A stretch of DNA of 64,000 bases from the NCBI GenBank assembly GCA_964016885.1, contig OZ024742.1, positions 361,832,001 to 361,896,000 of the forward strand. Direction: 5' to 3'. Source of the DNA: Eledone cirrhosa (lineage: Eukaryota). Shown one piece after another: positions 40,813 to 55,600 of the stretch (position 1 is its first letter; each line of letters opens with the position of its first letter). The position numbers were made by a program, and so were the translations under genes. The notes below the pieces were generated by a model. It was not told where the DNA came from. It did no database searches and worked only from the letters and a program-made list of their open reading frames with translations.

Positions 40813-43800
40813 TTTCATTTATTGGCCACAAGGGCCGACATATAGGGGACAATACAAAAGACTGGGACAGTGGGGTTTTACAGAAAAATCGAGTAAACAA
40901 TATGAATAACAATAACAAAGTAACAAGAAAATTACAACAAGAAAAAATTCCCCAATAGGGGTGATGACCACCCAGGGTTCGCTCAGGTACCCCACCAATC
41001 CCGAACGACCCGACGCTTCGAGAGCACCCTGGAAGGGTACCCCTCTCCTCCTCAAATTTACCCACCTACAGCCGATTGACCAGAGTAGGCCCACTCACAC
41101 GGGCCATTCTCGACACATTCACCCACCTTTCAGCCAATGTACTGGGGGCAGCACTTCTCTCTCCACCCTCATCTTCCTTTCCAAGTGAAACTTGAAAAAG
41201 TTGATGAGGGATTGGCCGAAGAGAAAAGTGTCTGTCTTCAGTCCTTTCAACCTCGTCCACCATACAACCTCTTTCGCTACTGCCACCAGACAGAGGAAAA
41301 TTGCCTGCCCTTCCTAGCCAAAAGAAGGTGGCGAGTCGATCTTCACTATGGACTCGGCCGAAAGCCGGATCCGTTCTACACGCGACAACAGCTGTTCGAC
41401 ATAACTCCACAAGTCAGTAATGCACGGACACTGGACGAGTGCGTGCAGAACGGTTTCGTCGCTCTGCGCGCATCTCAGGCAGGTCCGTCTGACAGCACTT
41501 CCGTGCCTGTAGAGTTTATCTCTAACCGGCAATGCCCCTCGGTAGCACTGCCAAGCGAGGGATTTTTGGAAATTATCCATCGTCCCCGGCTCGAAAGTCC
41601 TCCGGAACAGACTGGTTAGTTCGACTTCCTCGACACCCAGAGCCTCTCTGGGTGCGTCATCGCACTTTCCCACCACTAATCCTCTATAGAACTCGAGAGT
41701 GGAAGTTCCACTGACCGCATTGCCCGCCTGGTAGAGGGCAGTGAGTGCCTGGCAACATTCCAGATGCCAGTCACCCAGTCTTGGTCTCTTCTTGACCCAG
41801 GACTGCAGCTCAGTCAAAGAAACGAGCTGCGGAAAGGCCCGTCTGACAAACAGTGACCACACCTGTTCACCGTTTAGGCAGAATATCTGGGGACGCTGCA
41901 GCCTCAGCGCGTGTCTGCACATCATTAGCCACGGCATGCCCAGCCCTCCACGTAGAGGGTGCTGGCAGCAGATGGACCGCCTCACCAGCGGAACCTGACC
42001 CCTCCTTTGAAGAGGAGCCGCTCCAAGATGGCGAGGCGCGAACGGAGGCAAGGGACGACGGTCAGACGGTAGTAGATGACGGACTCGATATACGCATTCG
42101 CCACCTCCGCCCGACCTTTCAGTGATAGCTTCCTCCCAGCCCATTTCTGGGTGAGACTGGCTACCCTGCCCTTCACCTCGTCCCAATTTGTATCCACCTG
42201 GAGGTCTGGCCCGACCGAAACTCCAAGCAACTTTACCGGTCCGTCCGTCCAGCGCCTAACGACGCTGTTGGACGGCATGGACTTGCCTCTCCAGGTGCCG
42301 AGTTGCAAGCCCACCGACTTTTCCGAGGTTAGTTTTGCTCCCGTCAACCTTTCATATTCCTCCAATAAGTTGCCGACCACCTCGATTTCTGAGTGTCCGA
42401 CACCATCACGGTGATGTCGTCCACATAAGCCGACACCGCCTTTCCACGTCCCGGTTCGAGCGGGATGCCCTGCAACAGCTCCAGCTTCCGCAGTAAAGGC
42501 TCGAGAGTCAATACGTACAGAAGGGAAGAGAGAGGGCACCCTTGACGGACCGATCGGGAGAGCTGAAATGGTTCCGAGACGTGGCCATTAACTTTGACCA
42601 CCGAGCGTGTGCCAATGTGCATTGCAGCGATCCAGCTGCTTTAAGGACAAACTCCAGATACCGATGGCTGACCCTATCGAATGTTTTCGAATGATCTAAA
42701 TTGATCAGTGCCCCGCCGAAGCCAGGTTTACACCTTACCCTCTCTATGATGTATCGCATGAGGTGGAGATTATCGTGTATGGACCTGGCTGGGATTGCAC
42801 AAGTTTGCGCCTCCCCAACCAAATCTCCGACGACAAGCACCAATCTCTTTGCTAACACCTTGGCCAAAACCTTAAACTCTGTGTTGAACAGTGTTATGGG
42901 CCTGAAGTTGTCTAATGAATCCCTCTTGTTCTCGTCTTTCCTTATCAGCATCACCACTCCCCTGCTCACAGAACTGGGAATACTCTCATTCTGCTGCCAG
43001 TATGGGAGATCGGAGAACAAGTGTGGCATATTTACGTAAAGCTCGTAGGGCAGGCCATCCAAACCGCGTGACTTGCGCCTCATGCAACCGATAAGGGCGT
43101 CCTGAATTTCGGCTGAAGTAATCGGCCTTTCGCAACGCTCAGCGTCGATCGTCGAGATGCGCGGCAAGCCGTCAAGGAAGGGACTGAAATCCGCTACTGT
43201 TTCCGACTCGCCACTCTCCCCGAACAACTGAGCAAAGTGCTGGCGAAAGGCCTCACACATTCGCTTGGAATCGCTTATCTCGTGTCCGTCTCGGTCTGCC
43301 AAAGACCGAATTGTGGTTTTATTACCCCGCTGCGCCTCCGCCACGCGGGCCCACTGAACAGCTTTGGTTCCCTTGTTTCTCAGCGCACGTGCTGTGAATA
43401 TGCAACCTTCGCGTTTCGCATTGAAGAAATGGTCTAATGCCATTCTCGCCGCTAGCACGTCAGTTGCAATGCCACTACAAATAGCCTCGTCTAACTTATC
43501 TACCAGTTCCTCCTCCTTTCTATTTTTCTCTAACACTAGTTCTTTGCTGAACTCTATCGAAGTTACTCTAATCTCTCTTTTGAGAGCCCCCTCCCCCCAT
43601 CTGTTGTTGATGATCCCCCCTGTCAACTTTTGCTTAACTAAATTGTTGACTCGGTCCCTGTAAGCCTTACGTGCCGGAAATGACATGTTCAGCTTCCAGT
43701 AACCCTGTCCCAACCTACCCGTTTTATCTAGGTCGACTAAACAGATCACAAATTTGTGATCTGAATAGGCGACCGTTTTAAAAATTGCGCACCCTACACT

Positions 43801-43835
43801 ATTTCTATCTATTTTCCTAATCAAGATCCTGTCTA
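40813..43835 (-). mobile_element. Tx1/L1-clade LINE, 5'-truncated and frameshifted
   Basis: End of APE (IDRIL...YSDH, GYWKLN), RT (NFRPITL, KTFDRVSH, RQGCPLS, AYVDDI), CCHC (CLRC...HALVQC). AATAAA at the 3' end. (TAA)n on both sides. Confidence 0.9.
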
Positions 43836-43878
43836 TAATAATAATAATAATAATAATAACAACAATAATAATAATAAA

Positions 43879-44342
43879 AAGAAATGGATAGGAAGACTAG
43901 AAAGCTATTGACTATCTACAACATGTTCCACAAGAGGAGTGATGTTGATAGACTCTACTTAAAGAGATATGAAGGTGGAAGAGGTCTTATCAGCATAGAG
44001 GACGGTGTTCAGATGGAGAAAAAGCAGTCTGCACAAATATGTGTCTGACAGTAGAGAGCCAATGCTCAAAGTTGTATTGAAGGAGAAGACAATAGACCAA
44101 CGGATATCCAAGGAGGGAATAACAACAAAGAGGAAGAGCAACCTCCATGAAAAACCCCTTCATAGCACCTTCTTTGAGAAAACAGAATCCAGAAATCTAC
44201 AGATATGGAACTGATTAAAAAGAGGAGACCTAAAAAAGGCTACAGAATGAATGCTTATGGCTGCACAAGAGCAAGCCCTTACAACAAAGTGGGTGAAACA
44301 CCATATTGACAAGGAGGAGGCTAGCTCACTGTGTAGGATCTG

Positions 44343-44433
<91 letters not shown>

Positions 44434-45032
44434 CTGTGGCTCACATCGTACCCGAGTGTAAACACCTAGCCCAGACTCACTATAAAGGCTGGAGACATGA
44501 TATAATAGGAAAGGTGATTCACTGACATCTATGCAAACTAAATAATTTACCATATTCTGAGAAGTAGTATTAGCATAATCGCGAGCAAGTGATAGAAAAC
44601 GATCAAGTGAAGGTGCTATGGGATTTCAGGATACAGACAGGCAAGAAATTAGAACACAATAGGCCTGACCTAGTGGTCTTTGATAAGGAAAAAAGATCGT
44701 ACCTGGTTGTAGATGTAGTCTGCCCCTTTGACACAAGTGTACAAGAAAAGGACGAGAAAATTAACTGGTTCCAGGATTTAAAGTGGGAGTTAAAAAGGAT
44801 TTGGGACTGTCATGAGATCAAGGTTGTCCCGATTGTCATAGGAGCACTAGGTACTATCTCAAGGAGTTTTCAAAGATGGTTAAAGAACATTAGTACAGCC
44901 CCCTATTTTGGAACACTTCAAAAGGCCTGCTTGCTGGGAACGGTAAGAACCCTCCAATACGTCCTGAATATCTGAGGCTGCAGGTAGTCTGAGACTCCAA
45001 AAATAACAACAATAACAATAATAATAATAATG
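43879..45032 (+). mobile_element. Family A, old 5'-truncated copy with stops and an internal (GA)n expansion
   Basis: Homologous to 32146-33185. Ends YVLNI* followed by a (TAA/CAA) tail. Confidence 0.9.
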
Positions 45033-45316
45033 ATTTCTATTTGAGGCACAATACCATTTTGATACTGAACTTTTCATTTCTGAATCCTAATGCGTGGTGG
45101 ATAGTCACTTACACAATTATAAATAAGCTTTCTGGGGAAGTTTGATAAATAATAAAGTATTCCAAATGATTGAAATATATATATTGTAGTCAACATATGT
45201 AGATAATTAAAATAGACACAGAAACATATGTTGAAGCAAATAAATTCCTTAAATAGCTAATATCCTTTCTCACCGATGTTTATATTTTTCTTGGTGCAAT
45301 ACTTGCTTATATATCT

Positions 45317-45545
45317 GATTAGAGCAAACATCACGAGCACTCTATCTCAAAATTAGTTTTGAAAAGCATTAGAAATGCGCAACCGGTAAAAACTTAAAAC
45401 TAAAACTGAATACTAACCAATACTTATTACTAATTTATACTTATTCCTAATTAAACTATTTTTCACTGGGAAAAATTTGTCAGCATTTTCTTTTCCTTTT
45501 ACTAATATATCACAACTCGTGTGTTACACCTCTATTTTTTTAAAT
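45317..45545 (+). mobile_element. Non-palindromic family H1 unit
   Basis: Matches 8126-8340, including the TTGAAAA...GCAA-CCGG-TA core. Ends in (TA)n. Confidence 0.7.
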
Positions 45546-45944
45546 ATATATATATATATACACAAATACAAACAGCATGCATCATATATACATATATGCA
45601 AACATACTTCTGATGGAGTCGAATGAGGGCCGTGGTGTCATACACAATTTCTTGGCCATTTAATACCTGTCGGAGGCCATCACCTCTCCTGGATTTAATA
45701 CAGCCAATTTCGTCTAGAGAAGGGATTTATAGTTATAGAGAGGCAAATAGAAAGAGATATAGAGAAAGAATCCACCCCAGTATTAGACTGATACATTTTA
45801 ATAGACCTCAAAAGGAAGAGAGTCTAAGTTGACCTTGGCGGGATTTGAACTCTGACCGTAGAAAGCCAGAGCGAATACTGCAAACCATACTATCCGGCAT
45901 TCACATCCACCTCACATACAATTATATATAAATAAATACATACA

Positions 45945-46660
45945 TACATACATATAAACATACATACATACATACACACATACACACATACATACATACG
46001 CACATACATACACACACACACACATACATACATACATGATGGCTGCCCCCTCGTTATCGAGTATGGCCATTGCACGATATAACATTATTAATAATTATTA
46101 ATTAATTCTATCGTGCAATGCCTGTGCGTGAAGATATTTTTTGAAAGTAAGGAAAGACTGTGCACTGAGCCAATCCCACTCTCTGAGCGACAGTAGCTAT
46201 AACCCGAAAAGAAGAAAAGATCAACATCATCGGTAACTACTGAACTGCAGGTTTTATATCGGAGTTATCCCAGTTTCCTGAGTTGCCTCCTTCTAGAAGA
46301 AAGCCCTGACAAATGCTAGGCATCCTTCACTCCCAGTGGTTTAACCGCGCGATCGGATGTCCAGCCCGACTATTTCTATGTCCCTGCGCATATACATACA
46401 CATGCACCCATGTATATACACATATACATATTTATGTACATATGTATATATACATATTTACACACTTTTGGATGGTCGTTGACTCTTATGAGTTCTTCTG
46501 CCCTTTGTCAGGTTTTGTTTTTTGTCCTGCAGGGTGTCCAAAATCACCCTCCTCACCAAGTAAACTTGGTGGGGTTGCCGGTTTAGTCGCCGACCACCCG
46601 ACCATGAGACAGGTTGTACTAGGTTACATGTTACCAGTAGCACTCAAGAGTGACTCGACA
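45945..46660 (-). mobile_element. R2 non-autonomous RTE derivative, apparently complete
   Basis: Colinear 5' structured region plus the RTE 3' end. (CATA)n on both sides. Confidence 0.85.
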
Positions 46661-47309
46661 TACATACATACACAAACATGAAAACTGAGCATGCCCAGCG
46701 TCGTATTTAACGTTAGAGTTATAAGAAATATATTTAAATGCAAAACGAATTTTACAATTTTAATTTTGGAATGATGGCTCAGGAGTTAGGAATGTTTATA
46801 AGTTTTACAGAGAAGAGAAAATTAAGGAAAAACAACACAGCCATATGGAAATAAGAGAAATTGTACAATGTAGTAGTAGAGGTGGTAGTAGTAGTAGTAG
46901 GAGTAGTAGTAGTAGTAGTAGTAGTAGCAACTTATATTTATAGAAGATAAAATTATTTGATCTACAGTCAGGTTATTATAAAAGATAATTCTCTAACTAT
47001 TGAATAATTGTAGAAAATAATCTAAAAAAATTATATTTGTTTGTTTAATAATGATAACTTTACTTTGGTTATTAATAATGATAACTTTACTTTGGTTATT
47101 AACAGAGAAGTGTATTAATATTAAAATTTCAAACGAAGACAATTGTGTCTTTTTACATGGATAGGAATGGACAACCGTCAGTTGTGGCGATGAGTGTTCC
47201 AGTTCTTCAGCCTACTCATGGATTTAATGGCTTAGTGGCTGAGTATTCCACTGACAAGTATAACCTTAACAAAGGAATTCGGCATAACACACTATCAAAG
47301 CTGGTAATT

Positions 47310-47522
47310 TACAACGTTTGGCTGAAAAGTTCATAGGTTTAAATATTCATAAATTGACCAATATACTCTCATGGAATGACGAAATGAGGTTTATTTATCA
47401 ATAAAGTTGCTGCAAAGAAACAAGGCAGTTATTGATAAGAAGAGTTGAAATTAATGTATGCAAAATTTCACAGCTCTAGCATCACTCCTCCATAGTCATC
47501 CTATGAACTTTTCAGCCCATCT
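47310..47522. mobile_element. Mariner-type MITE
   Basis: TIRs GGCTGAAAAGTTCATAGG (47320-47337) and CCTATGAACTTTTCAGCC (47500-47517). Confidence 0.7.
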
Positions 47523-48684
47523 TTCAGTCTCCCTCTACACAACTTCACTCACAACGCCTGGATCAACCCGAGGCTATGATAAATGACATATAATCAAGAT
47601 ACCAGGAAGTAGGATCGATCACTTAGCTAATGATTGAGAGGTGTATCTCTTAACCAAGCCTCAGTCACATCCATACATGTATATATAGTCATTAAGGTTG
47701 CGGACTAAGTGATTTAAAACCATTTTAATACCACCCTTCCCTTTCAGATACAATGCTGTTGATTTTAAAATGCTAGCATTTTTTCAACTCTCTGACGCGT
47801 ATGTGTATATGTGTGTGCGAGTGTTTATGTGCATATGCATACATTTATATGTATGAGTATATGAATATAAATGTGCAAACACAGACACACTTACAGAAAT
47901 ACACAATCACAGACATGCATTCATACAAATACACATACATTCACACAAACACACACACGCACACACACACACACACACACATATGGTGTGACGGACGGAG
48001 AGAAGTCGCTCAAATTTATATATAGATTACTATTTAACTAAAACACTTTTACCATACTATTATATAAGAACTTTTGCGAAGTTTTGTTCTAAGCACCAAC
48101 TAATATAATAGTCATAACAGTCGTAGTGACACCAAACATCTGTCCATTTTGAAGTGTTTATATTTGTTTAAACATCTCATATGATAATTTACGCAAGAAC
48201 TTCCCGTGAGTTAAGTTCCAAACGTGAAATAAATAATGGAAAAGTAGAATAAGAACATATATATATAGAGAGAGAATTCTCAGGCACTTGCACGTGCATT
48301 TCACGAGTAAACTGTTTCGTAAAGTTCAACAACAAAATTAAATTATATTTTCAGAGTGATTAAAGTTATATACTAGTGGTGCTGGACATCCACCAGGTTC
48401 GACACATACTGCTTCGTTGATCGAAAACAACTGGAATATTCGTCTATCGGAATCAGAACCGATGGAGATGCAACGATATCTTGTAATAATTCCTCGCAAC
48501 AGGCGTCATTCTGAAACACCATCACCACAACCGCCACCAACAACACTATCATCACCACCAAAAGCATCGCCTGCACCGCCACCACCACCACCACCACCAC
48601 CACTATTATCATCACCACCATTAGAACCACCAACAACGGCACCATAATCATCAGTTATTTCCTACCATCTAATATATATATATA

Positions 48685-48784
48685 TACATACATACATACA
48701 TACATACATACATACATACATACATACATACATGATGGCTGCCCCCTCGTTATCGAGTATGGCCATTGCACGAGGAGAAAGGAA

Positions 48785-48815
<31 letters not shown>

Positions 48816-48862
48816 TAAAATAAAAATAAAAAAAAGAAATATATATATATACATATACATAT

Positions 48863-48903
<41 letters not shown>

Positions 48904-51900
48904 TACACATATACACACACACATACATTAATAACAATAATAATAATAATAATAACAACAATAATAATAACGACAACAACAATAATAATATACATATACA
49001 TATATATATACACACACACGCACACACATAAGCATATCTACACACACACACACACACACACGATAGCAACTAACAGCGCTGCGATCGAATGTGGCTTTTT
49101 AGCCCAGCCAATGATCTAAAATGTCTTGCACAGAGTCGGCAACCAAAACATTCACTGGGAATAGTCGGCTGTGGTTGGAGTTCGTGTACTTTTGCATGTC
49201 GTTTGAGCCCTCCTACTGATTTACATTCTCTACCACATGTTTGGCAAGCATGATGAGTAGCATCTCCAACAGCAGCCTGGTAGTCATCCACTGGTCTTAC
49301 TTTATGACTGCGAAGATGGCTTTCGAGTCCAGCTTTGCTTAGGGAGAGTCTCGCACATACGCTGCATGTCAGCACCATAGGAGGACCCTCGCCGTCTGGA
49401 AGTGCAACAGCAATGCCCTTCCTCACATCCCGCTTTACTTTCTCGTATGCGATTCGAGATGCCTCAAAGGCAACTTTTCCCTCATATACAGTCTTTCTCC
49501 ATTTATTACGATCAGCAGCAATATTCTCCCATGTATCAGCAGAGATGTTAGCGTCTTTCAGAGAGGCTTTCAAGGAATCCTTATACCTCTTTTTTGGTTT
49601 ATGTGGCGGTCGTTTTCCTTTAACCAACTCTCCATAAAAGAGTTGTTTTGGTATTCTAGAATCCTTCATCCTGGCAAGGTGACCACTCCAACGGAGTCGT
49701 TGCTTAAGCACAAGAGCTTCTATACTGTCACACATAGAGCTTTCCAAAATCTCGACATCACTGATGTGGTCCCTCCAGTGAACGCCATAGATCCGTCTGA
49801 GACACATCTGATGGAAACGCTCCAATTGCTTAAGGTGGTGTCGATATGTGACCCAGGTCTCGCAGGCATAAAGAAGACAAGAGAGCACACATGCCCTGTA
49901 CACCTTTACCTTTGTCCTCCTGCATATGTCTCGCCGACCCCAGAGTCGCCTTTCTAGCTTTCCGAAAGCATCACTTGCTTTCCTAATCCTAAGTGAGATT
50001 TCACTGTCAAGGTTGCTGTATCGATTGACAGTGCTTCCCAGGTAGACAAACTGATCAACCACTCCAAGTCGTTTGCCATACACATGGATGTTTGGTTCAG
50101 TGTACTGCTTACCAGGGGCAGGTTGGTACATGACGACGGTTTTCTTGAGACTGACAGTCAGACCTAGGGCAGTGCAAGCGTCAGAAAATGCATTCAAAAT
50201 GTGCTGCATATCACTCTCTGTGTGCGCTACAAGATCGCAATCATCTGCATACAAGAGGTCTCTTATGATTGATGTAAATACTTTTGTCTTCGCAGCAAAG
50301 CGCCTGATGTTAAATATGCTGCCTGAGGTTCGATATCGGATGTAAACACCATGCTCGCAATTCCTGAATGCAATACAGAAAACCATTGCAAAGTATATGG
50401 CAAACAGGGTCGGTGCTGGAATATCCCCCTGTTTCACTCCATTTTTTACTGAGATAGGCTCCGACATGTTACCCCCGACATTAACCCGAGCCTTCATGTC
50501 GTCATGGAAAGACCTAACTAAAGAAAGGAACTTATCAGGGCAACCAAGTTTCTGGAGAATCTTCCATAATGCATCTCTGTTAACAGTATCGAAAGCTTTT
50601 GTCAGATCGACAAAAACCTGATACACATCCAAGCCTTGTTCCATGCACTTCTCCTGGAGCTGTCTAGCTGAGAAGATCATATCAGTAGTGCCGCGTCCAG
50701 CACGAAAACCAGATTGACTTTCAGGAAGAACACAATCTGCAATGTGTGTCAGCAGACGGTCCAGAAGCACCCTACATAAAACTTTCCCTACGACAGAAAG
50801 CAATGATATACCTCTGTAGTTCCCACAATCGTTCCTGTTACCCTTTCCCTTGTACAAGACCACCATTACTGCATCTCTCCAGTCCTCAGGTACGGATTCA
50901 TTAGCCCATATCCTGCCAAAAAAAGAGTGAAGATGTTGCAGGAGTCTCTCACCACCATATTGTAGGAGCTCAGCATGTATGCCATCCATACCTGGAGATC
51001 TTCCACTGTTCAGCTTCGAAATAGCCACTGCAACCTCCACAAGCGTCGGAGGTTCTGCGAGAGCTACTTTCACAGGACTTTCTGGAATGAGATTGAGGAA
51101 ATCTTCACTGACGACAGACGGCTGATTCAAAAGATCATCAAAGTGCTCTCGCCACCTTCGTAGAATTCCTTGTGAGTCACGAAGAAGTTCTTTGCCATCC
51201 TTGCTGCGAAGCGGTGTCACCAGAGAAGAAGGCGGTCCATAAACCTCACGCAAGAGACTGTACAACAGCTTTGTGTTATTGGAATCAGACGCAGTTTGTA
51301 TCTCACCAGCCTTCTCACTCCACCACTGATCCTTCATCTGAGAAAGACTCCGCCTAACACGTGATTTTACATCCCTCAGTTCCTCATGCAACGTATTCCT
51401 CTCCTGTGGTTTTGCCGCCAAGTAGCGTGACAGAGCACGCCTCTTATCAGCCAACAAGTCTTCTATATGTACATCATTCTCATCAAACCAGTCCTGATGT
51501 TTCCTCTGCGCCAATTCCAGAACACGCCTGCCTACATCATAAACCGTCTTTTTAAGGGTCGGCCAATCCTCACCAAGATCTGCAGCCTGCATCTCTTCTT
51601 CCAATGTCCTCTTCACATTTTTATCCTTAAGACGAGCAGCATTCAGTCTTTTGGGCAGGGCAACACCAGGAGCCCGGATTTTACGTTTAGTGATTAGTTT
51701 CACTTTTGCGCGTACCAGGCGGTGGTCCGTCCAGCACTCAGCTCCACGAAGAGCACGAACACACTACACATACTGTCTGTCACGCATCCTGACTAGGACG
51801 TAGTCCAAAAGATGCCATTCCTTAGATGCAGGATGCATCCATGTGGTCTTGAATTTGTTCTTTTGTTGGAACATGGTGTTAGTAACACACAGATCCAGCT

Positions 51901-52610
51901 CCTCACACATCTGCAGCAGGAGCATACCATTGCTGTTACACTTTCCCACCCCATGCCTTCCGATTACATTCCATGTGTTAAAATCCCTACCCACTCTAGC
52001 ATTAAAGTCACCAAGCACGATGACTTGGTCTGCCTGAGGGATATTTCTTAAAACACCTTTCAAGGCATGGTAAAAGGACACCTTTTCCTCATCGACAGAA
52101 CTCATAGTTGGAGCATACAGACTCACCAGGGTAGCATATCTTCCCTTGTCCAGCGGAACTCTCATGGACATAAGACGCTCACTAATCCCTACTGGGAATT
52201 CTTCTAATTTGTTCACAAGCACAGTCTTAAAAAGCAAATCCTACCCCAGCCTCTCTTCTGGTTCCTTCATCTCTTCCTTTCCAGAAGAATGTATATTCTC
52301 TAGCCTCGTCTCAGATAAAGCCACGATGTCGAGATCGTAACGTCGAAGCTCCTTTGCAACAAGAGAGGTCCTTCGTTCAGGACGCCCCAAGGAATCCCTG
52401 TCAAGCAGCGTCCGTACGTTCCAGCAGCCAAGACTAAATGCCTTGTTTGGCTCTATTACAATGGCACGATGACGAGCGGGCCCAGGCTGTGATAACCCGG
52501 GGCCCCTGCCCTTATTGCCAATGATCTTTTTTGTTCCAGAACCTAAATTGCCAATTATCTCTTTTATAATGTTCTGGAACATCATTGAATTGGAAAAAAA
52601 AAAAAAAAAA
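48685..52610 (-). mobile_element. RTE-clade LINE body and 3' end (5' UTR continues at 60152-60350)
   Basis: APE pieces (GCWNVRTL, ALSETR, LGDFNARVG, LDYVL, TDH), RT ORF, and 3' terminus GGCCATACTCGATAACGAGGGGGCAGCCATCATG(TATG)n. Confidence 0.92.
49070..51703 (-). pseudogene. RTE reverse transcriptase with three C-terminal C2H2 zinc fingers (upstream APE part disrupted: 51764-52237, 52241-52440)
   Basis: SPGMDG, NYRGISLL, FVDLTKAFD, GVKQG, LYADD, RLRWSGH, three CxxC..H..H-like fingers. Confidence 0.92.
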
Positions 52611-52620
52611 AGGAATAATA

Positions 52621-52669
<49 letters not shown>

Positions 52670-55600
52670 GAAGAAGAAGAAGAATAAAGGGAAGAAGACG
52701 CACGAGGTGACGGAGGTCATGAAATCGCTCCCGTAAGTTTTGAATTTTTAACATATTTAAATCATTTGTGAAATAACAACTCTTAGTACAAATGCTACGT
52801 AAAGCACCCGGCTTGAGCCCCCAAAAAATTCGGACCCAAAATATATTGCTATAAGGCTCAAATATTCAAATATTCAACTTTGTATTGTACACTGTATATC
52901 CAAATAAAAATGGCTATAAATGGAAGAAGAAGAACCCCCCCACCTCCTCTCCTCTGGCTACACTATATAGGACAGCTAAACTCACCAACACCAGAAACTA
53001 GATACACCACCCACCCCATCATCTGTGTACACTAAACACAACAGCATTTTCACCTTCACCGCCACCGCTCACTACGGCCATCATTACCACCACTATCCCA
53101 TCACCGCCGCCACCACCCCTTGACTCCTTCACTGCTGCTGCCACCGCTACAGCACCATCACTACAGTAATACGGCTCAAATATTCAAATATTCAACTTTG
53201 TATTGTACACTGTATATCCAAAAAAAATAAAATGGCTATAAATGGAAGAAGAAGAACCCCCCCCCCTCCTCTCCTCTGGCTACACTATATAGGACAGCGA
53301 AACTCACCAACACCAGAAACTAGATACACCACCCACCCCATCATCTGTGTACACTAAACACAACAGCATTTTCACCTTCACCGCCACCGCTCACTACGGC
53401 CATCATTACCACCACTATCCCATCACCGCCGCCACCACCCCTTGACTCCTTCACTGCTGCTGCCACCGCTACAGCACCATCACTACAGTAATACGGTCGC
53501 ATCACCGCCACCACTGCCTCGGTATCGACATCACCACCACCACTGTCTCAGTATCGCCAACGCCGCCAGTCTCTGCTGGCTGCCACTTCCACATTATAGA
53601 ATTCCTACTACTAACAAAGAGGAAGGCATCAAAATATATAGATAGACTCAAAAGAAAAAAAGAAAAATCAAACAACAAAAGCAGCACAGCAACAACAGCA
53701 AAAAACGAGAAAAACAAACAGAGAAAAACAAAAACAAAAAAAGAAACCCCAAAAACGTAAAGAAAATAAGAATGAAGAGAGAAGCAGGCGGACGGACAGA
53801 GAAGAGGGGGGAAAAAGTAAAACTTAAAAAACAAAAACTAAGTCAGACATTCGAATACTACATTACAATGAAACTTATGCTTATTCATTTTTGGGGCCCT
53901 TTCTGCCCGTGTGTTTGTTTGTTTATGTGTGTCCGTATACAGCGTGGTGATAATGCCACACAAGGGCCAAGTGGGATGGCGGATCCACAGATGGCTATGT
54001 AAACATACATTCGCCAATCCTCGATAAGAGTGTTTAAATATCGAACATAAACAGTTCGAATAACGGTGAAATGGAGACTAGAACGTCATGTGACAGACTC
54101 TCACCCAACAGGTGCCCCCTGGCTCAGCAGCAGGAACCTGACTGTCAACCAAATACTGCTGATGTTGGAGGAAGAAGAAGAAGGAAAGGGGCCAGAACCA
54201 ACTGGACGAAAGAATTGAATAGAACTGTTATGCAATGCTACCTGAAAAGTAACCCCAAGGAGAGGGGCTACAGGAGACGGATGCATAACATCTGGAACGA
54301 GATTGGTTTATTTAAATTAGATGAACAAAAATTGGCCGGGCAGGCTCGGGTAATAAGAACTAATGGGTGGATAAGCGAGCTGGAACTGGAGGAACTGAGC
54401 AGAGAGAATGGCTTGGAGATGGCGGGTGTAGTATGCCAGACAAGCGAGCCGGCGGGAAATGAAGGTGAGGAGGTCCTGAGAACGGAGGAACCACCCGAAG
54501 CAGACAATGATCTGAATACTGAGATAAATAATACCTGGAACAGAGATACGGCCACTGAGGAGATGAATGCTGACGGGCTAGGACAAGATTCGGTTGACAT
54601 CCTAAATTTAGTGGTAGATGAGTTGAACAATGATAGTGGGAGACCTATGAACCTAAGATTTGTAGACAGGAAAAGGTTAAAAGAAACAACAGCTAAGGTA
54701 AACAAAGTCATCCCATACCTTGAGGCGAGGAGTCTTCACCAGTGCAACAATATCCTCAAAGCAACAGCAAATACGGTGAGGAAACTACTTGGTATAAAAG
54801 CGAGAGGAAACAACAGACAAGAAAGAGCAGAGCCGTGGTGGAAGAAGCGACTGAGTGGGCAAATCGGGGAAATGAGAAATGACATAGGAAAGCTTGAGTC
54901 ACTACTGAATGGGACACTAAAAAACATAGGCACTAAAAATAGACTGGAAATAAAATACAAAACTAGGAGTAAAAAGCTAAATATTATCATAGAGGAATTG
55001 AAGCAACGCATTGTAGCAAAGAGTGCAAAAATCAGGCGATACGAGAACAGAGTCAGCCAGTATAAACAGAACCGCATGTTCGACAACAACCAGAAGTTGC
55101 TGTTTGGACAGCTTGAGGGGAAAGAAAGAGGCAACGACTTGATCCCTGGGGCGGAACAAGATAAAACATTCTGGAGAGGAATATGGGAGCAGGATGTTAG
55201 ACACAATGCCCAGGCAGGGTGGATTGAGACAGTACAGAGGGAGATCGGTGAGCAGGCACAGCAACAGACTGATTTGAGTATCACAGTTGAAACTCTTAAG
55301 GGGCAAGCCAAAAAACTAACCAATTGGAAATCACCACGCCCAGATGGTGTGCAGGGGTATTGGATTAAACATTTAACATCCCTCCACCCGAAGCTGACGG
55401 CCATGTTCAATGACTGCTTGGTGTCGAGTGAGGTGCCAGAGTGGTTGACAAAAGGTACCACAGTTCTGATAATGAAAGACCGAATCAAGGGTAATGATGT
55501 TACCAACTATAGACCTATCACATGTCTGCCCGTAATGTGGAAACTGTTGACGAGCATTGTGTCTGAGGAAATCTACCATCACCTCCACACAAACAACTTG

